A stretch of 64,000 nucleotides of DNA from an uncultured Gemmatimonadaceae bacterium (lineage in GTDB: Bacteria; Gemmatimonadota; Gemmatimonadetes; Gemmatimonadales; Gemmatimonadaceae): assembly GCA_963822945.1 (NCBI GenBank), contig CAWGJO010000021.1:327614-391613 (forward strand). Direction: 5' to 3'. The stretch's first letter is position 1; every line of letters starts with the position of its first letter. The notes under the pieces were generated by a model. That model saw only the letters and a list, made by a program, of their open reading frames with translations, had not been told where the DNA came from and searched no databases. Below are positions 10,154 through 19,894 of the stretch, one piece after another. Made by a program: the position numbers and the translations under genes.

Positions 10154-11274
10154 GCGGACAACAGCTCGCCGAATCCGACGCCCTACACGCTCGCGTCCAG
10201 GCGTTCGTGCGTGAGCCGGGAGACCAATTCGACGAGCTGGCTCTGGCCATTGCCCGCCACCAGGCGCGCTACTGCCCCGGCTTTGCGCGGCTGGTGGAGG
10301 CCAAGAGCTCGGTCCTGGACACGGTCGCGTCAATCCCCGCGGTCCCGGCCGACGCGTTCCGCTTCTCGCGGGTGGCTTGCCATCCGGCGGAGCTGGACGC
10401 CGTCCGTTTCCAGACCAGCGGAACCACCGCTTCCGCCCGCGGCACCCACGCCCTTCGGCGCACCGACACCTACCGGAGGATTGCCATCGCCGGCGGGCGC
10501 CAAGCGCTGGTCACGTCCTGGCCCCAGCGGCGCGTCGTGGTGGCCCTGGCCCCGAACCCGGGCTCGCCGCCCAGCTCTTCCCTGGGTTTCATGATGCGGG
10601 CGTTCATGGAGGAACTGGATGGTCGGGCCCTGGTGTCCGACCCCACCGGAGCAGCGTTCGATCCCGATTCGCCCGCGCGCTGGCTCTCGAGCGCCCGCGG
10701 TATCGACATCCAGGGCCTGAGCCGCGCCGCTCTGATCGCCTTGGAGCGGCAAGAACCGCTCTTGGTGCTGTCCACGGCCTTCGCCCTGAAGGCGCTGCTT
10801 GACGAGCTGGGCGGCAAGAAGCTGCGCACGCCCAAGCAAACCGTGGTGATGCAGACCGGGGGCTTCAAGGGCCGCACCCGTAAGATCGCGCCCGAGAAGC
10901 TCCGCGCCCGCGTGGCGCGCGTTTTCGGCATCCAGAAGGAGCGCGTCGTCGGCGAGTACGGCATGACGGAACTGTCCAGCCAGCTCTACGAAGGCACCGT
11001 CCCTGGCGCAGAGCTCGCCGGCGAGCCCGACGTGTACCTGCCGCCACCATGGCTACGGGTCAACGCCGTCGACCCGGTCACGCTCCGCCCGGTGCCCGAC
11101 GGCGAGACCGGCATCGCCCGCTTCGTGGATCTGGGAAATGTGGATTCGGCCATCGCCGTCGTCACCCAAGATCGCATTCGCCACCGCGGCCTCGGCATCG
11201 AGCTCCTCGGCCGTCGCCCCGGCGCGCCCTTGCGGGGCTGTTCTCTGGCAACGGAAGAGCTGCTCGTCGGTTGA
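10150..11274 (+). CDS. LuxE-family acyl-protein synthetase
   Basis: FQTSGTT, SSLGFM, TGGFKGR, EYGMTELSSQ, TQD, LLGR...RGCS motifs; ATGA overlap with the aminotransferase. Confidence 0.87.
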   Translation: MSGQQLAESDALHARVQAFVREPGDQFDELALAIARHQARYCPGFARLVEAKSSVLDTVASIPAVPADAFRFSRVACHPAELDAVRFQTSGTTASARGTHALRRTDTYRRIAIAGGRQALVTSWPQRRVVVALAPNPGSPPSSSLGFMMRAFMEELDGRALVSDPTGAAFDPDSPARWLSSARGIDIQGLSRAALIALERQEPLLVLSTAFALKALLDELGGKKLRTPKQTVVMQTGGFKGRTRKIAPEKLRARVARVFGIQKERVVGEYGMTELSSQLYEGTVPGAELAGEPDVYLPPPWLRVNAVDPVTLRPVPDGETGIARFVDLGNVDSAIAVVTQDRIRHRGLGIELLGRRPGAPLRGCSLATEELLVG

Positions 11275-11355
11275 TTGCGCCAGCCGGCGCCGGCCCGCCG
11301 TTTCGCACTCAGGTCTCCGTTCTGGATCGCAGTAATCCGAACGAGGTTGTTGGGT

Positions 11356-11377
11356 TTGTTGGTTCGGCGCGGAACCG
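11356..11377 (-). repeat. Dispersed ~22-bp repeat, copy A
   Basis: TTGTTGGTTCGGCGCGGAACCG, reverse complement of consensus CGGTTCCGCGMCGGACCRACAA. Confidence 0.8.
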
Positions 11378-11800
11378 TTAGGTGCAGTCCATGTTGCACT
11401 CGAGGGTGTCGTCCGAGTCGCACCAACACGTGAGACTGCAACAGTCGGCACCGAAGCAGTCCTCGTAACAGACGTTGACGCCGCCGCACGCAACCCCGGG
11501 GGCGCACAGCCCGACGTTACCGCTGCCGCTGCCGCGCCCGCTGCCGCCCCCGCCGGCGCTGCTGCGCCCGCCAGCGCTGCCGCCCCCGCCAGCGCTGGCG
11601 CCCCCGCTGCCGGCACCCGCGGCGCCCCCGCCCGCACCCGCACCCGCGCCCGCAGCGCCCGCACCTGCGCCCGCGGTGCCCGCACCCCCGCTACCCGCAG
11701 CCCCGCCGAAGCCGTCGTCCGTCTCCCCGGCGGATCCACACGCCGCCGTCAGCCCAAGGCAGAACACCGCAGCCAAGCCCCAACCGGGTCTCCCGCTCAT
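11378..11800 (-). CDS. Gly/Ala-rich lipoprotein with small Cys-rich C-terminal domain
   Basis: Lipobox TAAC, GAG-rich linker, 10 Cys in the last ~42 aa; GGAGG RBS. Confidence 0.75.
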   Translation of the reverse strand: MSGRPGWGLAAVFCLGLTAACGSAGETDDGFGGAAGSGGAGTAGAGAGAAGAGAGAGGGAAGAGSGGASAGGGGSAGGRSSAGGGGSGRGSGSGNVGLCAPGVACGGVNVCYEDCFGADCCSLTCWCDSDDTLECNMDCT

Positions 11801-11825
11801 CGATACCTCCGAATAAGAAAGCTAA

Positions 11826-11852
11826 GGAAGCGCCTTTACGGCGTGCGCTTCC
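11826..11852 (-). terminator. Possible intrinsic terminator hairpin
   Basis: GGAAGCGC-N11-GCGCTTCC followed on the minus strand by TTAGCTTTCTTATT; downstream of the alpha/beta hydrolase. Confidence 0.35.
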
Positions 11853-12011
11853 CTTCTTCGCAAGTGACGTGCCACGCGCGGATCTGCCGGAGACCATCAC
11901 CCCCGCGGGGGCGCTCCTCTGATCGCGCTGTCGCGGTACTGGAGTCGCGCAACCACAGTCGACGCGGACCACGGGTCAGCCATCAAAAGAGCCGACCGAG
12001 TACGCGCTGGC

Positions 12012-12959
12012 TCAGGCACGGCCGTATTCGAAATCCGCCATCACATCGCTGTCGCGAATCACGCACTCTCGCGGTGCGATGGAGCTCAGCGGGATGCGAC
12101 GACCGTCGGCGACGGCGTCCAACGTCGCCAGCGCCTCCGCCCACAGGGTCTCGGCGAAGCGAGCACGGAAGAAGCCGAAATGCCCCACCTGGCGCTGGCC
12201 GAGATCGACCGGCGCCATGCGGCGATGCACGACGGGGGCGGAGCTCAGCGCCGCCAGCATCTTCTCGACCGACTGCCTGGGCGCATAGTCGTCGTCGGTG
12301 AAGCTGTAGAACACCGATGGGCGATCGAAGCGTGCGAAGCGCTGCCGAGCGTCGCGAACGTAGCCCATCAGATAGCTCGGATGCAGACACCAACGGCGCC
12401 ACTCGAGGGCCACGCCCGCGGGCAGGTCGCTGCCCAGGCCGAACTTGCCGGGCAGGTAGCCATAGGTGGCGGTGAGCGCGGGCACTGCCACGTTCCACAG
12501 ACCGGCCAGGCGCACCCGCGCCGCGAGCGGCCAGTGCCCGTAGTACCCGAGCTGAGCGCCAACCAGGAGCGCGGCGTTCACGTCTCGGAGCTCGTCACAC
12601 AAGCCGATGAGCTGGCCGCCGAAGCTGTGGCCGACCATGACCAGCGGCCCCTTTCCCGCCAGCTCGCGAGCCTTGTCGTGGGCGGCCTTGGCGTCGAAGG
12701 CCCAGTCCCGCATGTCGGCATCGAAGCCTCGGAGCTCCGGCGGCCGCGACTCCCCCACGCCCCTGAAGTCGTAGGTCAGCACGCGGTGCCCACGGTTCTG
12801 CAGGTACTGGGAAAACCCCCGGTAGTAGCGTTGCGGCGTGGCCGTAGCCCCGTGCAGCACCACCGTGCTCTTGGCGGCTATTGCCGGCTCGTACAGGTGG
12901 GCGCCGAGGGGATAGCCGTCATCCACGGTGAGCACGATGGTTTTCTCGACAGCGGGCAT
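12012..12959 (-). CDS. Alpha/beta fold hydrolase
   Basis: DFRGVGES, nucleophile elbow GHSFGG, TDDDY, VGHFGFF; AGGAGG RBS. Confidence 0.88.
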   Translation of the reverse strand: MPAVEKTIVLTVDDGYPLGAHLYEPAIAAKSTVVLHGATATPQRYYRGFSQYLQNRGHRVLTYDFRGVGESRPPELRGFDADMRDWAFDAKAAHDKARELAGKGPLVMVGHSFGGQLIGLCDELRDVNAALLVGAQLGYYGHWPLAARVRLAGLWNVAVPALTATYGYLPGKFGLGSDLPAGVALEWRRWCLHPSYLMGYVRDARQRFARFDRPSVFYSFTDDDYAPRQSVEKMLAALSSAPVVHRRMAPVDLGQRQVGHFGFFRARFAETLWAEALATLDAVADGRRIPLSSIAPRECVIRDSDVMADFEYGRA

Positions 12960-13000
12960 GGTCGCCTCCTTCCAATGACACCATTGGGCAGGAGGCGACC
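12960..13000 (-). promoter_or_regulatory. Hairpin covering the Shine-Dalgarno of the hydrolase gene
   Basis: GGTCGCCTCCT-T-CCAATG-ACAC-CATTGG-GC-AGGAGGCGACC; 11+6 bp stem ending immediately before the ATG. Confidence 0.5.
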
Positions 13001-13047
13001 GATCGCCCGCTGCAACACTGCAGGTCGAAACTGCAGATTCGCGGCGC

Positions 13048-14151
13048 CTACTTCGCCGGCGCCGGCGTCGTGTCCGGAGGGGTCGTCGGCGCGTCGTCGT
13101 AGGGCAGCTCGATGCTCGGCCCTGTCCAGGTCGCGTCCTCGCTCATGACTTCGGCTCGCGCGCGCCGACCATTGAAGCCGCCCGGCATGGGCATCGCTCG
13201 CATGTTGCCGCCGCCGCGTCGCATCGGATTCTGCAGCCGCCCGCCACGGCCGCGCCGCATGGTCGTCGCCAGCTTCTCGCGCTGCTCCGGCTTCAAGATC
13301 GCGGTGATCTGGTTCATCAGCGCGATGCGCGCGTCCATTCGCTCACGCATCTTCTTCGGGTCCGGCCCCATGGAAAGGTCCAGCTTTTTCGCGTCGAAAC
13401 CATCCTTCTCAAACGCATCCAAGAGGGCGGTCGTACGCTTTTCGGACTCTGCGCGGGCGTCCGCCTTGTTCTTCTCGGGGATCACTTCCTTGACCAACAG
13501 GGGCTCCAGCTTCTTCTGCTGGGCATCGTCGAGCGACAGGTCTTTCGTCATGCGCTCCAGCTTGTTCTTGGCGCGGGCCTTGGGCTCGGGCTTCTCCGGC
13601 CGGTCCTTCGGCGTGCGCTCCGCGCGGTCGGCCATTCGCTTTCGCACGGCCGCCACCACCGTCTTACGCTGCTCCGGGGTCAGCGCCGCGTACAGACCGT
13701 CGAGGGCCTCCACTTGCTTTTCCATGCGCGCCTTCATCGAGCGGTCCATGGATTCGTACATGGGCGCCAGCTTGTCGGTCTCGATCTTCCCGGCCCGAAC
13801 GCCCTCCATCACCGTATTCTGATAGTCACGCATCTCCTTCATCGCGCCAGACGCATCGCCCCTCATCTTCGCCTCGACGGCATCCAATTTGGCTTGCTGC
13901 TCCCCTTCGAGCTTCAAGTCGTCCGCCGCAGCGAGAAGCATCCCCACGGGACCGCTGCCTCCGCGACGACCACGGGGGCGGCGGGGGGTGCGCTGCCGTC
14001 TCGTGCTCGCATTCGGTGCTGGAGCGGTCTGGGCTGCCTGCGTCGCGCTAGTGGCCTCACCGCTGGGCTTGGGCTGCTCCTCGCAGCCGAGCAACAGCCC
14101 ACTCGCAAGAACCAGCGTCAGTGCGCTCGTCGAAAACCTCTTCATCGTCAC
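13048..14151 (-). CDS. Spy/CpxP-like (LTXXQ) lipoprotein
   Basis: Lipobox LLGC; repeated LTPEQR / LDDAQQ / LKPEQR helical motifs. Confidence 0.75.
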   Translation of the reverse strand: MTMKRFSTSALTLVLASGLLLGCEEQPKPSGEATSATQAAQTAPAPNASTRRQRTPRRPRGRRGGSGPVGMLLAAADDLKLEGEQQAKLDAVEAKMRGDASGAMKEMRDYQNTVMEGVRAGKIETDKLAPMYESMDRSMKARMEKQVEALDGLYAALTPEQRKTVVAAVRKRMADRAERTPKDRPEKPEPKARAKNKLERMTKDLSLDDAQQKKLEPLLVKEVIPEKNKADARAESEKRTTALLDAFEKDGFDAKKLDLSMGPDPKKMRERMDARIALMNQITAILKPEQREKLATTMRRGRGGRLQNPMRRGGGNMRAMPMPGGFNGRRARAEVMSEDATWTGPSIELPYDDAPTTPPDTTPAPAK

Positions 14152-14320
14152 GACCTCCTCGGAACGCGAAGCCTACACCCCATCCGTGCGCCTTCGTTAG
14201 CGTCCAAGTCGAGCGCGACAACCCCCGAATAGTACACGTGTTGTCGCACCGCTGGCCGCTCCGCGCCGCGAGCGCTAGGCTGCTCGGGCTCGGATGCTTG
14301 GGGGGTTGAACCCCACGCTC

Positions 14321-15202
14321 ATGCTCGACTGGAACGACCTCAGGACCTTTCTCGCCGTCCACCGCTCGGGCAGCCTGGCGCGCGCGGCCAGCGTGCTCGG
14401 GATTAACGCGACCACGGTTGGGCGGCGCCTGGCCGTGCTCGAAGACGAGCTGGGCGCGAAGTTGTTCGACAAGACGCCGGACGGCTACTTGATCACGCGA
14501 GCGGGGCGCGATCTGCTCCCGCGCGCCGAACGAATGGAGCGAGAGGCGCTCGCTGTGGAGCGTGAGGTCGTCGGAGCCGACCAGCGTGCGGCCGGGACCG
14601 TTCGCGTCAGCGTCACGGAGACCATCGGAACACGGTTCATCGCTCCACACTTGCACCGGTTCGCGAAGGAGTATCCCAACATCACCTTGGACCTCTCGTG
14701 CAACTCGCGCTCCGTGAGCTTGTCGCGACGCGAAGCCGACGTCGCGCTCCGGCTCGCCAGACCTCGCGAAAACGACGTCGTGACTCGCCGGCTGTCCAGT
14801 GTTCACCTGTCGCTATACGCGTCGAAGGGCTACGTCGCTCACCGTGGTCAACCCGCGGATCCGGACCACGACCTATCCGGCCACGACGCCATCCTTTTCG
14901 CGGACAGTCGGCCGTTTTCTCTGGAAAACGCCTGGTTTTCTCGGCGACTTGGCGGTGCCCGGGTGGTGCTCCGCTGTGACAGCGTGAGCTCCATATTCAG
15001 CGCAACGACCTCGGGCCTGGGCATCTCTCTGCTGCCCCGGAGCATCGCGGAGGCGGAGGCGGAGCTGACCCGCATCGAAACCGAAACCGAGCCCGAGCCC
15101 CGAATCATCTGGCAAGCCGTGCATCGCGATCTCGCTGCTTCCGCCCGCATCCGCGCCGTTCTCGACTTCCTGGGCAGCATCATCGACGGCGGCAGAAGAT
15201 GA
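14321..15202 (+). CDS. LysR-family transcriptional regulator
   Basis: DWNDLRTFLAV..GSLARAA..LG..TTVGRRL..LE..LG.KLF HTH; EADVALR. Confidence 0.93.
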   Translation: MLDWNDLRTFLAVHRSGSLARAASVLGINATTVGRRLAVLEDELGAKLFDKTPDGYLITRAGRDLLPRAERMEREALAVEREVVGADQRAAGTVRVSVTETIGTRFIAPHLHRFAKEYPNITLDLSCNSRSVSLSRREADVALRLARPRENDVVTRRLSSVHLSLYASKGYVAHRGQPADPDHDLSGHDAILFADSRPFSLENAWFSRRLGGARVVLRCDSVSSIFSATTSGLGISLLPRSIAEAEAELTRIETETEPEPRIIWQAVHRDLAASARIRAVLDFLGSIIDGGRR

Positions 15203-16257
15203 GTGAGGCACGGCAACAGCGAATCGACCGGGTGCGGCGCTTGCTGGAAGCAGCAAGGCGCATCGCGGATCCACAAGACGTCTTTGGCAAACGGGCACGG
15301 CAGGAGCTCCCGAAATCCACCGGCCTTTCCCCGGAAGGCGTCGAGCTGGCGCTTCGACACTGCCTGGAGGTCGACGCGACGGACGCCGAGCTCGAAGCCC
15401 TCGTCGCCAGCGTGGTACCCGCCACCCGCAGTCACGTACTGCTCGCCGCCAACGTATTCGTCGCACCGCTGCGCGCCATCGCGCTCGCTCTGGCCCAAGC
15501 GCCGCGCGTCGAGGTGCGCGCATCGCGTCGCGAGCCCGTGATGGCCGGACTGCTGGTGGAAGCGAGCCGTGGTGCGTTCCGTCTGACGGAGGAACTGGCA
15601 CCGTCGCCGGGAGACCACGTATGGGCCTATGGCTCGGACGAAACACTCTCCGCACTCCGAGGAGAGCTGCCCGCCGGCGTAGTACTGCACGGTCACGGCT
15701 CCGGTTTTGGCGTTGCTGTCGTGCAATCCCACGGCAGCGACCTGTCCGAGGCGGCGCGCGCCCTCGCGCTGGACGTGACCTTGTTCGACCAACGAGGCTG
15801 TCTCAGCCCTCGCGTCGCCCTGGTGGTGGCGGACGAGGAAGATGTCAGGCTTTTTGCTCGCGAGCTGGCCTCGGGTCTGTCCCAGCTGCACCACGACGTC
15901 CCACGCGGCAACCTGGGCCCGGAAGAAGCCGCCGACGTCACGCGTTACCGCGACACGATGACGTACGCCGGAGAGCTATTTCCGGCGGGCAAGGGCGTCG
16001 TGGGGCTCGACGTCGGCGGCAGCGTGCTGCTCGCGCCGGTCGGACGCAACGTCCACGTGGCGTGCGTCCAGGACGTGGAGCCCGCGTTATCCGCCTTGGG
16101 TGCGGCTGTAGCCGCAGTGGGTGTCGCCGGACCGGTGTCGGCGCTCACGGAGCGGGTGCTGCCCGGCGCGAGGCTTTCTGAGCTGGGCAAGATGCAGACA
16201 CCGAGACTGGATGGCCCTGTGGATCGTCGCCCGGCGTCACTCGGCGAAATCCTGTAA
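15199..16257 (+). CDS. LuxC-like acyl-CoA reductase
   Basis: HVLLAANV, AYGSDET, HGHG, ALDVTLFDQRGCLSP (catalytic Cys), LGKMQTP..DG; ATGA overlap with lysR. Confidence 0.8.
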   Translation: MSEARQQRIDRVRRLLEAARRIADPQDVFGKRARQELPKSTGLSPEGVELALRHCLEVDATDAELEALVASVVPATRSHVLLAANVFVAPLRAIALALAQAPRVEVRASRREPVMAGLLVEASRGAFRLTEELAPSPGDHVWAYGSDETLSALRGELPAGVVLHGHGSGFGVAVVQSHGSDLSEAARALALDVTLFDQRGCLSPRVALVVADEEDVRLFARELASGLSQLHHDVPRGNLGPEEAADVTRYRDTMTYAGELFPAGKGVVGLDVGGSVLLAPVGRNVHVACVQDVEPALSALGAAVAAVGVAGPVSALTERVLPGARLSELGKMQTPRLDGPVDRRPASLGEIL

Positions 16258-16304
16258 CCCCTTCCCACGTTGACCGCGGCCCAAAGCTCGATTCCCATGC
16301 ACTG

Positions 16305-18272
16305 ATGGTGCGGCTGCCACGCTTTGTCGTGCCTTGGCTGACGGGCCTCACGGTCGCGGGCATCTTGGTCGGGGCATGGGCGCTCCTGCGGGGGGCGGAG
16401 TCGCGCACGCTCGAGCTATCCACCAGTGTGGCGGCCAGTCAGGCCGCTCCACGCCTTGCCGACTACGTGGCCGCACGACTGACAGTGGTATCGAGCTTGG
16501 CCGGCGAGCGAGCTCAGCACGACGAGATGACCACCGAGGACTTCGTTCGGCTCGCACAGATCTTGGAGACGTCCTTTGGCGGCCTCCTGGCAATCAATTG
16601 GATCGATGCAGACGGGGTGATCCGCATCGCCGTCCCCGAGGCCCGCAATCGCCCGGCTCTCGGGCGCAACGTCCGTAATCATCCCCAGGCAGCTCCCTTC
16701 TTTCTCGAGGCGGAGCGAACCAGGAAGCCGATTCTCACGACCTCCCTCGACCTGTTTCAAGGCCCACGCGGCGTGGTGAGCTACTTTCCCGTTCACCGGA
16801 AGGGGCATGTCGTTGGTTACGTGAACGGCGTGTTCGACTGCGACGAATTCGTGCGCAGCTGCCTGCGAGAAGGCGTGCTGGATTGCTATCTGTTGCGAGT
16901 TTCCGACGAAGGAGGCCGCATCTTCGAGTCCCCCGGCTTCGGTCGCACCGGCAGGCCCGTGGCCAGGGCCGAGGCGCGGGTCGCGAATCAGACGTGGTGG
17001 GTCGAGGTGGAGCCGGGGCCGGCTCTACGCGAGGCCAGTCATTCTCGAAAGACGGATCTCCTGTTCGTGCTGGCGGCGGTGCTCGGCGGGGCGGTGTCGG
17101 CACTGACTCGCAGCTGGCTCGAGCGACGTCGCGCCATGGCCAAGCTCGAGGAGGAACGCCGGCAGCTGGAGCAGCAGATGGTCGAATCGCAGAAGCTCGA
17201 GGCAATCGGCCGGCTGGCGGGGGGAGTGGCGCACGATTTCAACAACCTGCTCACCGCGATGATCGGCCATGCCGAGCTGGCCAAGCGCACCAAAGGCTTG
17301 CCCGAGCAGGTTCAGGAAGACCTCGGGGTGATCGTCGACGCAGCACGACGCGGCGCGGAGATCACGCGAGACTTGCTGACGTTCTCCCGCCGAGACGTGG
17401 TGCGGCCGGGCGCCATGGAGGTGACGAAGGAGGTAAAGCGGCTCGTGCCCATGCTCGAGCATCTGCTGCGAGAGGACGTGTCCCTCGAGGTCGAGCTCGA
17501 CCACCAAGCCGGCACGGTGCACATGGATCCTTCCCAGCTGGAGCGCGCATTGATGAACCTGGTCGTCAACGCGGTGGATGCCCAGCCCGACGGCGGCCGC
17601 GTCAAGCTCGCCGTTTCGCGGGAAGGGGACTCTTTCGTCCGCGTGGCCGTGACGGACGACGGTGAAGGCATGTCTGAAGAGGTCGCGGCACGCGCATTCG
17701 AGCCGTTCTTCACCACCAAGCCGGCCGGCAAGGGAACCGGGCTCGGCCTCGCTTCGGTTTACGGCACGGCCCGTCAGGTGGGCGGTGACGTCACCCTCAC
17801 CACTCGACCGGGGCACGGCACGACTGTCGCCTTGCTGCTACCGGCCGTGACCGAGGTCGACGACGAAGTTCCCCAGCGCAACGAGTCCGCCAAGTCGACC
17901 GAGCGCCTGAAGCTGCTTTTGGTGGAGGACGACGACGCGGTGCGCGGACTCGCCCGTCGTATTCTGGGCTGGGCTGGGTACGATGTCACGGTGGCGACAG
18001 ACGCCGCGCAGGCCCTGACGCTGGTGGAGAACGGAGCCGAGCCCTCGATTCTGGTAACGGACCAGGTCATGCCGGGCATGCGCGGCCATCAGCTGGCCGC
18101 CAAGCTCCGCGACCGGCTTCCGGAGTTGCGAGTGTTGGTCTGCTCCGGGCATGCCGGCGACCTCGTCGACGAAAGCGCGATCCAGGCCCTCGAAGCGAAA
18201 TTCCTGCAGAAGCCCTACACCCCGGACCAGCTTCTCGACGCGCTAGCCGAGCTTTCGCAATCCCGCGGTTGA
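16305..18272 (+). CDS. Hybrid sensor histidine kinase (extracytoplasmic sensor, kinase, REC)
   Basis: Two TM segments; GGVAHDFNN H-box, NLVVNA, DDGEGM, FFTTK, GTGLGL; C-terminal REC (VEDD, TDQVMP, QKP). Confidence 0.93.
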   Translation: MVRLPRFVVPWLTGLTVAGILVGAWALLRGAESRTLELSTSVAASQAAPRLADYVAARLTVVSSLAGERAQHDEMTTEDFVRLAQILETSFGGLLAINWIDADGVIRIAVPEARNRPALGRNVRNHPQAAPFFLEAERTRKPILTTSLDLFQGPRGVVSYFPVHRKGHVVGYVNGVFDCDEFVRSCLREGVLDCYLLRVSDEGGRIFESPGFGRTGRPVARAEARVANQTWWVEVEPGPALREASHSRKTDLLFVLAAVLGGAVSALTRSWLERRRAMAKLEEERRQLEQQMVESQKLEAIGRLAGGVAHDFNNLLTAMIGHAELAKRTKGLPEQVQEDLGVIVDAARRGAEITRDLLTFSRRDVVRPGAMEVTKEVKRLVPMLEHLLREDVSLEVELDHQAGTVHMDPSQLERALMNLVVNAVDAQPDGGRVKLAVSREGDSFVRVAVTDDGEGMSEEVAARAFEPFFTTKPAGKGTGLGLASVYGTARQVGGDVTLTTRPGHGTTVALLLPAVTEVDDEVPQRNESAKSTERLKLLLVEDDDAVRGLARRILGWAGYDVTVATDAAQALTLVENGAEPSILVTDQVMPGMRGHQLAAKLRDRLPELRVLVCSGHAGDLVDESAIQALEAKFLQKPYTPDQLLDALAELSQSRG

Positions 18273-18281
18273 GACGAGCCG

Positions 18282-19862
18282 TCAGCGCTCGAGCGCGGAC
18301 ATCACGGTTTTTTTCGGGCGCACCCGGTAGAGCAGGCTGCGCAGCGGGGCCTCCGCCATGATGCCTTCCCAAGTCCGACGTCGAGGCCGCTTCATCTGGT
18401 CGGCGAGGGCGTCCGGAAAACCGGTTACGGGATCCGTGTCCTCGATCAAGATGGCGTGTTGGTGAATATTGCCGTCGCCCTTGCGCCCCTGAATCGCCAC
18501 CACGTCTCCGGGCCGAAAGCGGTCGGCGTGCTCCACCAAAAACGAGAAGAACCGCTTGCGCTCCGCGAACTTCACACGCTCTTCCTGGGGAAAGCGAAGA
18601 TGATCGAACACCTCGGGACTTTCTTCGGCATACTTCTCGAAGGCGAGCACGCCTCGGCGGTTCTTGATGCCCAGCTCGTTGAAGTCCAGCGACCCGACGT
18701 CGCGCGCCGGCTCCTCACCGCGTGGACGGTACCAAGTGCCCGACGCGCGCTCGTAGCTGTCTAGCACGAACTCCACGCAAACTTGTGGCGGGTGCGGGCG
18801 ACCGCTCGCGTCGTACACCGGGTAGCTTTCTTCGTCGAAGCTGAAAGCGGACTGGCCATTCAGGTACGCCCAACGCCACGCGGGACGGAGCTGGCCGTCG
18901 CGGTCCGCGGTTTCTTCCTGCCGCGGCCGATCAAAGGGCAACGCCTCGCTGAGCTCGTGATCCACCGCCCCTCGCAGCCGAGCCAAGGCCCGCCGGTGAG
19001 GTGCATCGGAGGCGATCCACCGCTCGAAACGCTTGCGACGCGCGGCGGGCTCCGCCAGACAGCCCAAGGACAGCTTGGCGCCGTCACTGTCGAGCAGCGC
19101 CGTCGCCCACTCGCCGCTGAAGCGCAGCTCGGCGATCAACCCGCGCTCGGCGCGCCACGTGATGCGCGCGCGGTCGAAGCCGAGCTCGTGAGCCAGCCCA
19201 CGGAAATCACGATGTACCGGTGCATCCAGCGCCGACCGAGTCGTCGCCACGCGATCGCCAAACAGTAGCTCGGCCGTGCGCCCGTCGGCGTGGCGATAGC
19301 GTGGCCTCTTGCCGTCCACGCGTTCGAGCTCGAAGACCTTCGCGCCGCGGGCCAGGTAGATCTTGTCTTCCTCGAACAGATCCGGGAGCTCGAGCCGCGT
19401 CACGAGCGCCAGGGCTTCGACGGGGTCGTCCGAGTACACGTACCCCTGGCGCAACAGCAGTGCGCGCAGCGTCGCTTTGTTGGCGCGATGACGTAGCTTC
19501 GCGCCACGCACGCGCCGAAAGGGCGAGCCCTTGGCGAACGCGCGCCGCGTCTCCCTCGCTGCCTCGGGGAGCTCCGAATCCGGCGTCACGGCGGGCTCGC
19601 TCACGAACACCATGGGCTCGCCCCGCGCCCGGCCGAGCACCTCCGCGCGCCGCGCGTCGAAGCCCGGAGCTCCGGGCAGCTGGGGCTCGCTCCGGAGCTC
19701 CGCCATGCGCGCCCGGCAGTCCAAAAGCTCACTGTCCACCGGGGTGGCCGAGCTGGACGCGGCAGGCGCCGCGTGGGCACTGCCCTCGGCCCGGTCCGGC
19801 AGGCTGCGGCAGCCCGCCGAGGTGACGGTCAGGGCGGCGATGGCGAAGACGGCTCGGCGCAT
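18282..19862 (-). CDS. Hypothetical lipoprotein with possible papain/NlpC-P60-like C-terminal domain
   Basis: Start MRRAVFAIAALTVTSAGC (lipobox); C-terminal QVCVEFV ... FRPGDVV ... HAILI. Confidence 0.6.
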   Translation of the reverse strand: MRRAVFAIAALTVTSAGCRSLPDRAEGSAHAAPAASSSATPVDSELLDCRARMAELRSEPQLPGAPGFDARRAEVLGRARGEPMVFVSEPAVTPDSELPEAARETRRAFAKGSPFRRVRGAKLRHRANKATLRALLLRQGYVYSDDPVEALALVTRLELPDLFEEDKIYLARGAKVFELERVDGKRPRYRHADGRTAELLFGDRVATTRSALDAPVHRDFRGLAHELGFDRARITWRAERGLIAELRFSGEWATALLDSDGAKLSLGCLAEPAARRKRFERWIASDAPHRRALARLRGAVDHELSEALPFDRPRQEETADRDGQLRPAWRWAYLNGQSAFSFDEESYPVYDASGRPHPPQVCVEFVLDSYERASGTWYRPRGEEPARDVGSLDFNELGIKNRRGVLAFEKYAEESPEVFDHLRFPQEERVKFAERKRFFSFLVEHADRFRPGDVVAIQGRKGDGNIHQHAILIEDTDPVTGFPDALADQMKRPRRRTWEGIMAEAPLRSLLYRVRPKKTVMSALER

Positions 19863-19894
19863 GCTCTCACCCAAAAACGCCGTCGGGCGCCGGC

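Noticed and set aside
11275..11383. Integron attC site (ACCTAAC at the stop of the small lipoprotein gene)
   Set aside because: RYYYAAC is present but I found no matching GTTRRRY or L-box symmetry, and there is no integrase; better explained by repeat copy A
10150..16257. Bioluminescence (lux) operon
   Set aside because: No luxA, luxB or luxD homologues in the window; luxC/luxE-like genes are widespread without luciferase
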